64,000 bases of DNA. Source: Harriotta raleighana (taxonomy: Eukaryota). A model generated the notes under the pieces. It saw only the letters and a list, made by a program, of their open reading frames with translations. It had not been told where the DNA came from and did no database searches. The DNA lies in contig JBNZDD010013505.1 of assembly GCA_050575255.1 (NCBI GenBank), positions 786,972-850,971 of the forward strand. Reading direction: 5' to 3'. Numbering within the stretch: position 1 is the stretch's first letter; each line of letters opens with the position of its first letter. The translations under genes were made by a program, and so were the position numbers. Shown here piece by piece: positions 49,598-62,674 of this stretch.

Positions 49598-49966
49598 TGT
49601 GGCAGCAGCCTCATCTCTGAGTCAGAAGGTTGTGGGTTTGAGCCCCACATGCTGACATGCCAGAGTAGACCTGGGAATGTGCTACATTTAGAAAGTGCCA
49701 TACTTAGGATGAAACGTTAAACTGAGATCCAGATGTTAAACATCCCATGGCACGATTCAAAAAGAGAAGAGTTTCCCCATATGTCCTGGCCAACAATCCC
49801 CAAGTACAATTGATCACACATTTCATGATTATTCTTGGGATGCTGTTGACTGCCCACAAAATACAAACAAGTCCCATCATTTTACAATATTTCCTGGGAA
49901 GCACTTTGAAATGTCTCAATGATGCATAAATGCATTATATCAAATGCAAGGATCATTATTATTATT
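49598..49966 (+). mobile_element. Near full-length old DeuSINE
   Basis: tctctgagtcagaaggttgtgggtttgagcccca head; gatgaaacgttaaactgag; catcccatggcacgattc; tail caaatgcaaggatcatt. Confidence 0.8.
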
Positions 49967-52900
49967 ACCTATATATACATATATATAGGTTAAACATATA
50001 TATAGTTAATATAACATTATTCTTTAGAATTCTTCATCTGAACTTCGAATTGTCTAAATTTCCTTCCTTGTCACATAACACTTTCTGATCTGAATCACGA
50101 AAGATGTCAAGAAACAACTTCTCTTCAAGAATAGAGGGAAATTTACCTACACTCAATTATGGCATCCTCCTCCTTCCTAGATGGTCAGTCGCCTCTAATT
50201 TCCTGCAATTGCATGTGAAGCACTTTGAGATGTCTTGACAACACAGATCTTGTATCAAATACAGTACAAGGATCATTCATTGTCTGCAACCTACAGTACG
50301 TATAATATTTTTGAACATTCAATGCTTTGAACAGCCTAACATCATCAACAATGTTTTGTTGCAGACAAAATCTGATGATGTGGGATTTTAAAGGAATCTA
50401 AAACGTACATAGTCTTGAATGAGTTGTGAATCTATGTGGATGAAATACTACTACAGTTTCACTGCAGGATTATGATGGAAGCATAGAAAGAGAACAGAGA
50501 TCAGATTTGGTGTTTTCTTTTACATTTGTGAAACTACTTTGCTTCAACAAATGGTATTAATTTGGATGATGTACCACATCACGAATTATACTCTGTATGA
50601 GTTATTTGGGTTTAATTCTTGGTAAACTGGAGTAACCTCTTGTGACGCTGTTCGCCTGACACATATGCCCAATAAAAGCGCCCATGGTTATTGTCAGCAG
50701 ACTCTTCCTGTTCCAAGAACATCAGGTTTTATTAGAGTATTTGTGCAAACAAATTCTCCAGTATCCCCTTTACTCCCACTCTGAAACAAAAACTTTAAGC
50801 TTTTTTTTCAATTAATTCAGGAGAGTGGTTGTAGCTATTATGGAAATTAGAGTATTGTATTGATGGACCAATGCTTTTTATAATAATATTCCTTGAATTC
50901 GCAATAGTATTGAAACAGCTTTTGTAAGGAATTACTACAAAGTGACGTATCTGCATTTGTAAGCAAACAAGGCAGTTGTTCTGTGCACAGCAAGGTTCTA
51001 CAAAGAAATCCATGTGCATTATATAAATGTACATTGCAATGATGGCAAGGCATGGCTACAATATGCAGGATGGAAAATGAATTGACGAGGGTGTCAAAGA
51101 TCAAACATGCACATATAGAACACACCAATTCATTCCAGTGAATTTAGCTTTCTTTGAGTTCCACTAGTAAGTGTTATAATAATAGTAAGTGTAAAAATGG
51201 AAATTACAAAAATCTAAAGCAGGTCAATAAGTGTCTGAAAAAGAATAAAAAGTGATTATCTATAATGCAACCCTAGATCAGAGTAGGTGAGGTTTGGGGC
51301 TGGTTTCTGACAAGAGAACAAGTTAAGAACAATAAAGAATTGGAAGAAATCCAAAATAATTCATTCGGGGGACAGATAGCTGACCAATAACAATCAGTGA
51401 AAGGCTGCTAAAAGGAGATTTATGAAAAAAAATCATCTTAAAATTTGGTATACAGTAGTGCCTTTCACTTCAGGGGGACATCCCAACGCACTTCACAGGA
51501 TTTACTGTGAAGTGGAGTCACTGTATATTTGTCACTGAAAAAAATAAAGAAGAAAAAGTGTACAACAGTTGTAAAAGTGTGAAATTTCAGAGCAACTCTA
51601 TTTTCTTTATAGAATTATATCAAAGCAAGCATTATTATTTATTGTGTACTATTATAAAATTATTCAATATTATTATTAAATGACTAATAGTAACTCCTTT
51701 TAATAACCAGAATTACATCCCGCTAAACTCTGTTATAAGACCTGGATTGTGTTGGGAGTGGAACTCCCACGGATCAGAATTACTTACGTTTAGTTACTGG
51801 AGTCACTATGGGTGAATGAGATTCTTTATGAAGAAATTCCATCACGAATCACTGCAAATTTAGACCCCAGGGTTGCAGTCAATGATGTCTAAGAATAAGA
51901 TGAGATAATGCTTCTGAAGTTTGCAATGGACTTGGTTGGATCAGTGTAGAAGGCTAAAGGTAGAGAGGTCTAAGTGAATCTCTTTGAAGATCAACTCAGA
52001 AACCCAAACAAAGATGGCCATTATCAAATCAAGCAAAGGTAAGGTGGGTAACCTGAACCAATGCACAAAGAAAAAGCTTATGGATTCAGTCAGTTCAGTG
52101 TTTGGGGTGAAAACACCTACTCAGATAAAGCTGAGGGGCATTTCATCTTTGAACATTTGCAGAGGTTCTCAAGTTTTCATAATCTTAAATAACATTTGGA
52201 TCCAAATGATATCCGGTCAGTAACTATTCAAATCAATAACACAATGTCCAGAAATATTTGGCAGTTTGCAAGTAATCTAAGGCATTCTACCTCTTGAGAA
52301 ACTTCATTGAACTCTGCTGATCTGAATTCTGATTTGGGAGCATCAAATTTCATTGAGTCTAGTCGTTCAGTGAATGGCACGGTCAGAAGCTTTCACTATT
52401 CCATAATATTGACTTCACTCAACAGTCGGTAAACAATGAAAATGACTTGCGACATTTGAGAATCATTAGAGTAAAGCACCTGCAATCCATCTGTGTCACT
52501 TCACATCTTCCGCCTCCAATACCTGCCGTTCTACTTCGATGCTCTGATCCAAAATAGAAAGACAACTGTTTAGGAATCAAAGAAATGCTGTGAGGAATTA
52601 TCATTTATAAAGTGGCATTTTACATGATTAAAGGATCATTTAAAAAGGACCAAGGCAAAAAAGGAATATTCTGCATTCTGGAGGCAGAACAGGACAAAGA
52701 ATGTCAGTGGATATCCTGCTTATCTATCATCAGAGAGTATTTTGTGCAGGTCGTCTTTCTGTTAAATTGTACTTATGCTGTTTGATATAAAAAATCTCTA
52801 CTTCACCCATATGTCCACTCTCCCTCTTTGTCCTGGTTCTGGACGGAGAGGCAGAGTGGACAGAACAGAACAACAAGGCAGAGTGGATGAAAGACAGATT

Positions 52901-53269
52901 CTTGATATCAAACAATGATAAATACAATTTAACAGAAAGACAAACTGGGCCTAATGCTCTCTGGTATTAGATAAGCAGGAGGTGACCCTCCAGGGAGAGA
53001 GCACACATTTGATTCCAATAAATAGCTTGGGAATTTTCAAAGTATAGGTGGGATGCATAGAAATCTCAGTTTGGTTTGAATAGTTTTTACAATGGCGATG
53101 GGTTACCGCATGTGTGAGACACTAGCTGACCAAAAAAAACAGATAGAATTGGTGTGTGACTTACCACAATATGGAGCAGGGAGACGAGCACTTGTGTAGC
53201 CTCAGCTCAGCTGCCAGTTCTGAATTTTGAATTTATTTCTGTGCGTTCTGGATGCTGCAAACTACAATC

Positions 53270-53586
53270 AATAATAATAATAATAATCCTTGCATTTGAT
53301 ATAGAGCTTTTCACATCTTATCGACATCTCAAAGCGCTTCACAGAATATACTGTAAAGTGAATTGATTGTAGATTTGTAGACGAAATGCGGCAGCCAATT
53401 GTGCCCAGCAATTTCCCACAAACTGTCGTGGATTGAAATGACCAATTTTTACTATTGTGTTTTGTTTTGGACAGGCATATGGAGTAAGGAAACTTGCCCA
53501 AGGTTTCACCCTGATCTATCTGTATTCGAACACAGGTCTCACGCTTGTAAGGCAAGTGCTCTAACCACTGAGCTACAGGAGCTCCA
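53270..53586 (-). mobile_element. Young SINE, short form
   Basis: (AAT)n tail, Deu segment, attcgaacac B box, gagctacaggagctcca 5' end. Confidence 0.9.
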
Positions 53587-54884
53587 CTATAAAGACAATC
53601 AATTTGTTATAATCAAACTTGAAAATTAAATTTCAGATTGAATCAAAATACCTTCAAAATGCCATGCTCTCCTGGCAACATCTCCAAGCACTTCATGCTG
53701 TGCTGCTGGCTGGTGGGGTGGGGTAGGGTGGGTTGTGGGGTGAGTAGATGAACAAGTTGGTAAAGAGATAAGTCTTGAGGTGAATTCAAACACGGGGAGG
53801 GAGGGGCAAGTTGGAAAGACTCTGGAATGAGTTCCAGAGAGCCTATTTGTAGATGAATACTTAGGCATATGTTGTAGGTTATTACAATCTCAATGAAAAA
53901 ATGACTGAATCTCCTCATTTGTGGTTTAGAAGGTGTTCATACCAATAACAAACACAAAACATGTTCACTTACTGTGGACCCGTAGAAAGGTATTTTCCAC
54001 ATTCACACCTGGTAATATACCATTGCTGATAAGTTAAACCAAACAAACAAAACTTGCATGGCTCCATACAGAATTAACCCTTAGAGCACCATGGATGAGT
54101 TCATTTATCCTTGTTGTGGTGTGTCTCAGGAGACAGTGATGATGAATTGACTTGTTTACAGCTTTGACAACCTGCTTTAGATGTGCCAATTGTGCTGGAT
54201 ATCCACAGCCTCATATGCATTGCTCAACCAAGTCAATCATCAATCTTTCACCAAGACTTTGGCAACAGAACAGGCCTATGAAGCCAATGTTAAGGCTATA
54301 TAAAGTGCTTATAAGTAACTTAGATCCGACTTTTAGAAAGGTAGAAAGAGGTGGAAAGGAAGGTTAAGTAGTTAGAAATCAGTATGTAAAAGAAAGTTAA
54401 AATTAAGAGAGGAAAATGAAAAAAAGTGGCAATCCAAGTAAAGTTTTAATGTTTAAAACTATTGTGTACATTTTGTATGTCATGGTAACATGTCTATCTT
54501 AATACTGTATTTGAGTGGTTTTATCATTGTAAGTGTGGATTGGAAAAATGCAATATTTCATAAGTCGATAATACAAACATGTTATGGAATTGGTCACATT
54601 TTCCATCCTTTCCTGGAGACAGGCTGTTAAAGTGAACTTCCCCCCTCTGCCATTTCAGCTGGATGTTTTTTCTTATTCCTGACTTCAAGCCTGAGTTTGA
54701 TTTATTCTGAAGTCAGTATTTGATTGCAGTGTCTCAGGATTCTGACTGAGGAACCTGAGTATCGTATTTTAGCTGCACTCACACACCATAATAATAATAA
54801 TCCTTGCATTTGGAATGTTGGAAAGATGTCTCAAAGCGCTTCATAGGAATTATTGTAAAGTGCAGTTGTGTGAGTGCAGCAATG

Positions 54885-55146
54885 GCTTTTGGATGATATG
54901 TTAAACCGAGCTATTCAGGTGGACGTTAAAGATCCCATTTCACTACTTGAAAAGAGAAAGAGTTTATCCTGGTAAACAATCCCCTAAATAAAATTGGTCA
55001 TACACTTCATGGCTCTCTGTGGGGCATTGCTGTGCACAAATTGGCTGCCGCATTCCCCAATAAATATACAGAGTAAAATCCTGTGAAGGGCATTGAGATG
55101 TCTCAATGGGGTAATAAGGCTATATCAAATGCAGGGATTATTATTC
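54885..55146 (+). mobile_element. Old DeuSINE body
   Basis: ggatgatatgttaaaccgag...caggtggacgttaaagatccca...gctgtgcacaaattggctgccgcattccc. Confidence 0.8.
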
Positions 55147-56072
55147 ATCATAATAATGATAAAGTGTTAATAATACTTAAAGAGGGAGTTCTAAACCTAT
55201 GATTCCCCAGCTAAAGAATACATACAGATTCAGGGGCTTTTGTGATTGTATAATGTCTTGACATATGAGTCATCTTATCCTCTGAGTCCTTAGTTCCTTG
55301 ATATATGATTTGTAATAGGTAGTTTGGCATATGCCAAGTAATTTGTAAACCAAAATGTTGTTGGGACAGCAGTTTTAATTTATACTGTATTCATTAGTGT
55401 CCCTTAAATCAACTTTATAATATAATCCGATTGAGAGTATGAAACATTTCCATTGCTTATAAATCCTAAAAAGATTTAGTGATCACATCATAGTAAGTAT
55501 TAATGGCTCTGTATAGTTGCATAAATCATACCAGATTCATATTCAGCAAAATATTGAGGGAAGTTCATGATTTAATGTTAAGCAAACAGTGTAGGAGGTA
55601 TCAAATCCTACTTCAAATGTGTGTTATAAGACAGATGTTTAACACACAGAAAAATGCTAGCTTGCTTTATTTTACTCAGTTGCACCATCTGGTAATCAGT
55701 TAATAATGATGTGTAGTAACTGTACAATAATTTATTGTGTCTGGGTATAATTCTGTGAAGAAAAAATGCCAGTAATTGTTGCAAAGGTAGTATTCATACC
55801 AGTCAAAAGGAAGATGCCAGTCCCTGAGAGGTAAAAGTACTGAATAAAGGGAAATTCTGACAAAAATGGTTACAGAAATCCTGGGCCAGATGAGATTCAC
55901 CACTAAAAGGATAAGGAACTGAGCGTGTTTCTCAGTGGAAATTTGTGAGCAGTAAAACCGCCAGCAAGGACTGGTTGGGCTGATGAACCTGTTTTGCTGC
56001 TGTAGGGTCTACATAACTCTGTGAGCAAGGAAATGAGCAAGACTTGGTTTATATATTTTGGAGCCCTGTAAT

Positions 56073-56959
56073 TCATAGAATTTTTCAGCACAAAAGGAAG
56101 CCATTCAGCCCATCGAGTCTGTGCCAGCTCTTTAAAAGAGCTTTTCAAAGCAATCACAATCTCCAGCTCTCGCCCCACAATCCTGCAAACTTGTCCTCCC
56201 TAAATAACCATCCACCTCTCTTTTAAAAATTATTATTAAATCGGCCTCCACCACCCTTTCAGGCAATGCCTTCCAGATTCGAACAACTCGCTGCATGAAT
56301 AAATTTCTCCTCACCTCCCCTATGCTTCTTTTAGAAACTATTTTTAATCTGTGACCTCAAGTCACTCCCCCACCTCCAAGAAGAAATAGTTTTACTCTAT
56401 TGAATGCCCTCATGATTTTGAAAACCTCTACTAGGTCTCCTCATAACCTTCTCTGCTCCATTGAGAATAATCCTAGCCTCTCTAACCTTTCCTCATAACC
56501 AAAGTCCCTCATTCCTGGTAGCATCCTGTTAAATCTCCTCTGTACTCTTTCCAATGCCTTAAAATTCTTCCTAAAGTGTGGTGCCATGGTACTCTATCTG
56601 AGGCCTAACCAAAGTTTTATACAGGTTAACCATAACTTCCTGACTTTTGTACTTTATGCCTCTATTTATAAAGCCTAGTATCCCATATTCTTTTTTAACA
56701 GCCTTATCTCCCTGTCTTGCCACCTACAAAAATTTACTTACATGAACCCCAAGGTCCCTCTATTCCTTCAGCTCCCCTTAGGATTGTACTATCTAGCCTA
56801 TATTGCCTCTCCTCATTTTTCCTCCAAAATGCATCACCTTGCATTTCTCCACATTAAACTTCATCTATCCACTTTATCATTCCGTCCATGTCCTCTCGCA
56901 GTCTGTCACTATCCTCCTCACTATTCACTATTCTTCCCAACTTTGCATCATCTGTAAAT
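56073..56959 (-). mobile_element. CR1 3' fragment (~890 bp)
   Basis: tcatagaa tail; FMQRVVRIWKALP; 5' end at FTDDAK (RT catalytic-motif relic). Confidence 0.9.
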
Positions 56960-57231
56960 ATAGGACTGTAAGATGTTCAAACAAAAGCTGGCTCATGTGA
57001 CCCTAACATTTAACATAATGCTGAGGCATAATTGAAGAAACATATTTTCATCAAACAGAATACTGTACTTTAAAATGGCCAGTTCTGGGATCCTACAGTT
57101 TCCCTGGATGTAATGTTAGTGTGAGGGTTATGCCAGGGATCTGGAATAAGAACATAATGCAGAATGAAGAAGCCTTAAATTAGATGAGTGACTATAATTT
57201 GACACAAAGTTGCAAATCTTAGTACCTACTT

Positions 57232-57341
57232 ATAATAATCCTTGCATTTGATATAGCGCTTTTGACATCTCAAAGTGCTTCACAGAATAAACTGTAAAGT
57301 GAATTGACTGTATATTTGTGGACGAAATGCGGCAGCCGATT
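57232..57341 (-). mobile_element. Young SINE 3' fragment
   Basis: ataataatccttgcatttgatatagcgctttt...gaaatgcggcagcc. Confidence 0.8.
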
Positions 57342-58595
57342 TTAACACTCCTACCCATTACATAAATCCAAGTGTTAGTAGTTGTTATAAGTATGTAGAA
57401 ACAATTATCTCTTTTTAAAAAAATGAAAAATACATGCTTGTGAGGTAGGTTGAATACTATGAAACAGATACTACAACAACAACTTGCATTTATATGGCAA
57501 GCTTCACAGAGGATTGCGTCCCAGAGCTCTTATTTAATCACTTAAACAAACAAAAAACAGATGTTTGTGTAAGTGATTAAATACTCCACAATACCTAATA
57601 ACGTCACTCCAATTGTGATCAGGGGAATGTCATTTGTGCATAGCAGTCAATGAAAGCTGAGAGACGCATAAATATTATTTTGTCGGATTAATGTCCCGAA
57701 GTTTTTGCTGAATCGCTTTTGGGGGTCAGGTAGAAATTTTTACAGTTTTCTCTTTCTTCAAGGATTTACATGGGGCCATTCACCTCCCTTAGGAGATTAA
57801 ATAAACCAGGAAAGTTCATAAAGGTGCAAATTGTGCACCGAGATTGACAGCTTGTTTTGCAGACATGCTTTTCGGGATAGATTTTTTTTAAAAATCATCA
57901 AGGTTGAGCTATATCTAACCTCTGCAGACCTCTCCTGTGTATTTATGGCACTAATAGGCTGACCAGTTAACCTATCAACAGGAGATGACAACAATGACAT
58001 GATCAAATTGAATCAAAGCAATTAAATTAAAGCATTTTATAATGGAAAGAATGAGGGTTACCAATAGGGCATCCACCTCAACAGCTATATCTTTCACTCT
58101 ATATATTGTACAAATGTGTGCCCTAGTATTTTAGAGCCTATCCTAATTGGAAGTGAGGTAAACTGGCTCCAAGATTACATGCTTTGTATTGGAATATTAA
58201 AACAGAGCCAACTCTCTGTGTTGATCTCGGTAATCCAGTGTCTGAGCCAGGCAGATCCACAGTACCCCAGGACACTGCTGATGACAGACCAGCCAGCCTG
58301 GTTCATTGGCAGTAATTGGAGGGAAGACAAGTTATTGTGATCAGGGTTTCTTCCATCTCAGTTCCTGTTAACCCTGCAAATTAATGTTCTCATGAGTAGG
58401 GTAGTCCTAGCTGGACTATCATGAGAAAGCTTGCGAGTCTGGGTTTGCAATAGCAAACTGTTGGGTCTTAATTAGTTAGACTCCAACAGTATCCCAATGC
58501 AAACTTTGGGGTACCCAAACATTCCTGATAACCTGTGCGTACTGCTTTTTGAGATTAGGTAAACAAGTTACATCCCCATCAGAAGAGAGTGGGCA

Positions 58596-58895
58596 TGGAG
58601 TCCTGTACTTCAGTGGTTAGAGCACTGGCCTTGCAAGTGAGAGACCTGGGTTTGATTCCCAGCAGGGTGAAACCTTGGGCAAGTTTTGTTACTCCACATG
58701 CCTGATAATAATCCCTAAAAAAATTGGGTCACTCAATCCACGACTGTTTATGAGACACTGCTGTGCACAAATGGCTGCCGCATTTCACCCACAAATATAC
58801 AGTCAATTCACTTCACAGTATACTCTGTGAAATGCTTGAGTCGCTTAGAAGATGTGAAAAGTTCCACATCAAATGCAAGGATTATTATTATTATT
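58596..58895 (+). mobile_element. Full-length young SINE, short form
   Basis: tggagtcctgtacttcagtggttagagcactggccttgcaagtgag (Ala-TGC-like arm), B box, Deu segment, (ATT)n. Confidence 0.92.
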
Positions 58896-60698
58896 CCATT
58901 CCAAACAATCAGCAACTTCCATGCATATCTTGAACCCTTAGCAGTTGGATACTCTGAAGAGAGGTAATGGATCTCCATGTGTGTCAGGCACCCAACCAAC
59001 CAAAAACATAGAGCGAGAGAGAGAAAATGTCACTCTGTACTGTTCTGCAGAGAGTTCAGATATCCATACTCATGCATACATGAGCTCAGAGGTTACCAAT
59101 ACACATTCCTGACTGACACCTGGGTTGACTCTCCCTTGTTTTGAGCCAATTAAAGACCTGAGACTCTTTAAAAAGTAATGGAATTTATGGCAAAATTGCT
59201 ACTGTTGGAGCACGTGCTATCATTGCCAATAGTTATCTTGTACTTTCCATCTATCAGCCTTTTTATTCTAATTCAGAGTTTAGGATTATTTTACTCTTGC
59301 AGTGGTAGATATAATAAACTCAATGGGGGGAAATGTAGGGTGCCATGTAATAATTGTCATAATTAAAAGAACTTGAAGATTTCCACTCTACCCCAATGTT
59401 CATACATCATGAGAATGGTTTTGTCTGTCTTGTTGGACAGTCAATGTTGTCCAAATTTATTTTTAACAAAGGGGATCTTCATTATTCATTATTTTTGGCC
59501 ACCAGAGCAACAATTCAACACTGCTTTACCATGGATGGGATTAATTTGATCTGAGGAAGTCGGGTTGAATCGCTGCTCTCACAGTGACGGAAACCAGACT
59601 CGTCATTCCATCACGTCAACAAACCCACGCTCCCTAAATCATGAGGGAAATTGTCACTCTGAAACAAATCAATAAGGACAGATTTTAACAGCACATTTTG
59701 ACTGAATCTTGTTTCTTCATCACAATTATAATCATACTATATGCCCCACCCACTGCATCTTTATGTCGATATCTCAGCGCACTTCACAAGTTTCGGCCAC
59801 AGAATATAGTCAATTTGTGTACATTAGATTCTGTGAAGTGTTTGAATTATCTCGAGGATGTGATCAGGTGCTTCATCAAATGCAAGGTTTGTTATTACAG
59901 TATTAAGTATTTGATGTCAAGTGTAACAATCCCATTTATTTTGCATGTTTCTAAACTAGTAAACCTTGTATCTAACATTTAAAATGATGACTGAAAACAT
60001 GTAAAATAGGTGTCTGATGAATTGCTATCATATGATCTTGAAACTGAAGAAACTGTTTTGTCTTTTTTGTGCGAGATTGCAACACATTCTTCAAAGCAGA
60101 AAACAATTTCCACCTTGAAATTCGTCTACATTATCCAGATGACTGGAAAGTTTCAGGCTTCTAATAAAAATTGCTTTAAACCTGCGATATATCTAATGTG
60201 AACTTTGCTTAAATAATTCTGTACATTAATACATATACAATTTCTTATACATTGCAACTATATATCTGTGTACTAAGCAGGTCAGTATAAACCTGAGGGG
60301 GGTCATTTTAAACTGGACTGGTTTAAAACCAGTTCCATATTAAAATTGACTGAAATGAAGCAGACTGAGAGATTAATTTTAATCCCTACTGGATTCTTGT
60401 TGTACCTGACACATCAGCATATGGGTTGGCCAGGTAATCCAATGCTGTCTGGCACATGTCCTGACACAGGGCAGACACAAGGGAGTATAGGCACGAGGGA
60501 GATTAAATTCATTTCAGTCCAACACATCTGCACTCAGTTCATTCTCTCAGTGTAAATGGGGCAAAACAAGCCAAAGTCTTGAGAATGTTCCCATTCTTTG
60601 TCAGTCAATTTTTTTCTAACCATAAAACAAAAATGTCGGCCAGTATATACCTGGCCTCTGGATTGGAAAATGTAAGGTTTGTAATAATATTAATACTG

Positions 60699-61094
60699 TA
60701 ATAATCCTTCCATTTGATATAGCATCTTATAGGATGTCCTCCCAACCTGAAAGGTTCTTTATAAATGTAATTTTGTTGTATTTTGTTGTTAATACATTGT
60801 TGAGACGTCTCAAAGCACCTCACAAAATATATATTGTAAAGTGGATTGACTGTATTTGTGGGCAAAATGCAGCAGCCAATTTCCTACATACAGCAGTGTC
60901 CCACAATCAGTCGTGGATTGAGTGACCCATTTTTTTAATTACCCCTGGAAATCACTCCGAGAATCAATTTACTGCGATGTAAGAGAGGCATATGGAGTAA
61001 GAAAACTTGGCTAAGGTTTCACCCTGCTCAGTATCAAACCCGGGTCCTCTTGTTCGCGAGGCGAATGCACTAACCGCTATGCCACAGGACTCCA
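60699..61094 (-). mobile_element. Young SINE with an opposite-strand L2 tail (60731-60790) in its 3' stem-loop
   Basis: atttgatatagcatcttat|aggatgtcctcccaacctgaaagg...ttgttgtt|aatacattgttgagacgtctcaaagc. Confidence 0.85.
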
Positions 61095-61826
61095 TCATGT
61101 TTTTGTAATATGCAAGTTTCAGACTACACTGATGGGACACACTAGTTATTCAACAACGAGCATTACAGTAACTGGGAGTGCTCAGTTCTAGTTAATCTGA
61201 AACGGGAAAGTGTTCAATTTTCCAGTACCACGATCCATCAGCATAATGAGCACTAAAATGTGCCCCAAAACAAATACTGATAAGTCTTTGTGATAGCACT
61301 TTACAAACAAGCCTAATAATGACATCAATGTGCTCTATGAGGATGATGACATCAGCTATAAAGATGGTTATATCTGAGAATGTGTCCTGCCACTATAATG
61401 CTATCAAAACCCTGGCGACACTCGGAACTATTTCTGCATGATTTTTATCTTCATGAAGCAACAAAATAACCGTCCATACAATGGACTGATTGGCTCAGAT
61501 CAAAACTATATTTCATATTATAACGCAGCCAGCATCAATTCCTGTTATCTTCTATCAAACTTTAAATGGCGTCTTCACAGTCAGATCCTACAGTGATCTT
61601 ATTATCTAATATTTTGCTTCAGAAAATGCACAAAGTATTTACAACCTTTATATGGTCGATTGAACTGCAGTATTCTGGGAATTCACAAAAAAAACATAGC
61701 TTCAATTACAAGAAAGATAAATAACTTTCAAAAGAAACAAGGATGCATTTTGAAGTCATGATCAAGCATAAAAAGCTGTTGTAAAGATTGATTTTTCTAT
61801 TGATGGCAGAAAATCAATTTTAATAT

Positions 61827-62100
61827 TAATAATCCTTGCAATTGATACAGTGTCTTATTTTGTCGAGATGTCTCGAAGACTTCACAGTAATGCCTGTAAA
61901 ATATTGTGATTGCGTATTCTTTAGGTAGTCAATTTGTGTAGAGCAGTGTCCACGAGCAACAAGTAAATGAACAATTGCATCTGTTGGCCAAGACACCAGG
62001 AGAAACTGTTCTTTTTCAAATAGTGCCATGGGATCTTTAACATCTACTTGAACAAGCAGATGGTCCTTGGTTTGATGTCTTATCTGAAAAATGACACATC
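61827..62100 (-). mobile_element. Old DeuSINE
   Basis: caaatagtgccatgggatctttaacatctacttgaac...tgtcttatctgaaa. Confidence 0.75.
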
Positions 62101-62242
62101 ATGTTAAAAAAGGGAATGACAGTGAAAGCTCCCTCTTAGGAAGGTATTGCAGCATCAACCTAGGCTAAGAGTTCAAAGTCCCTACAGGGAGCTTCAACCT
62201 ACAACCTTAGACTAATTGTAACAGTTTATAGCCAGTTCATCT

Positions 62243-62674
62243 ACAACAACAACAACAACAACAAAATTACACTTGTATAGTGCCTTTCACATCAGGAGGA
62301 CGTCCCAAAGCGCTGAACAGGCAGGTTGGGACCCGAGCATGGGTGGGGATCGGGGATAGGGGGAGTGGGAAGGAGAGTGGGAAGAGTTAGGGTGGGGAGG
62401 AGCCGAAGGCGCGGTCAAAGAGGAAGGTCTTGAGACCAGCCTTGAAGGAGGAAAGGGACGCAGCAAGGCGGAGGGACTGCGGGATGGAGTTCCAAAGTGT
62501 GGGGGTAGAGAGGCTGAAAGCCCGGCCACCGATGGTTGGGTGGTTAGGGTGGTGGACGCGGGGCAGGCCTGAGTCTGCTGAACGAAGGGTGCGGCCAGGT
62601 TGATAGGGAGATAGCAGGTCAGAGAGATAGGCAGGGCAAGGCCATGAATGACCTTGAAGGTGAGGACGAGGATC
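62243..62674 (-). mobile_element. Young L2 3' fragment
   Basis: (CAA)n tail; ILVLTFKVIHGLAPAYLSDLLSPYQPGRTLRS...GGRAFSLSTPTLWNSIP. Confidence 0.92.

Noticed and set aside
53268-53555. Recurring short ORFs ending IQSIHFTVYSVKRFE...KCKDYYY as a peptide family
   Set aside because: They are translations of the SINE 3' region with variable starts and frameshifts.
58596-58670. tRNA-Ala gene
   Set aside because: A/B boxes and the anticodon arm are present, but it runs into the SINE body with no proper acceptor stem or terminator; the same applies to all similar heads.
60296-60592. Possible palindromic MITE (gggggtcattttaaact ... gagaatgttccc)
   Set aside because: Terminal similarity is too weak and no TSD could be identified by eye.
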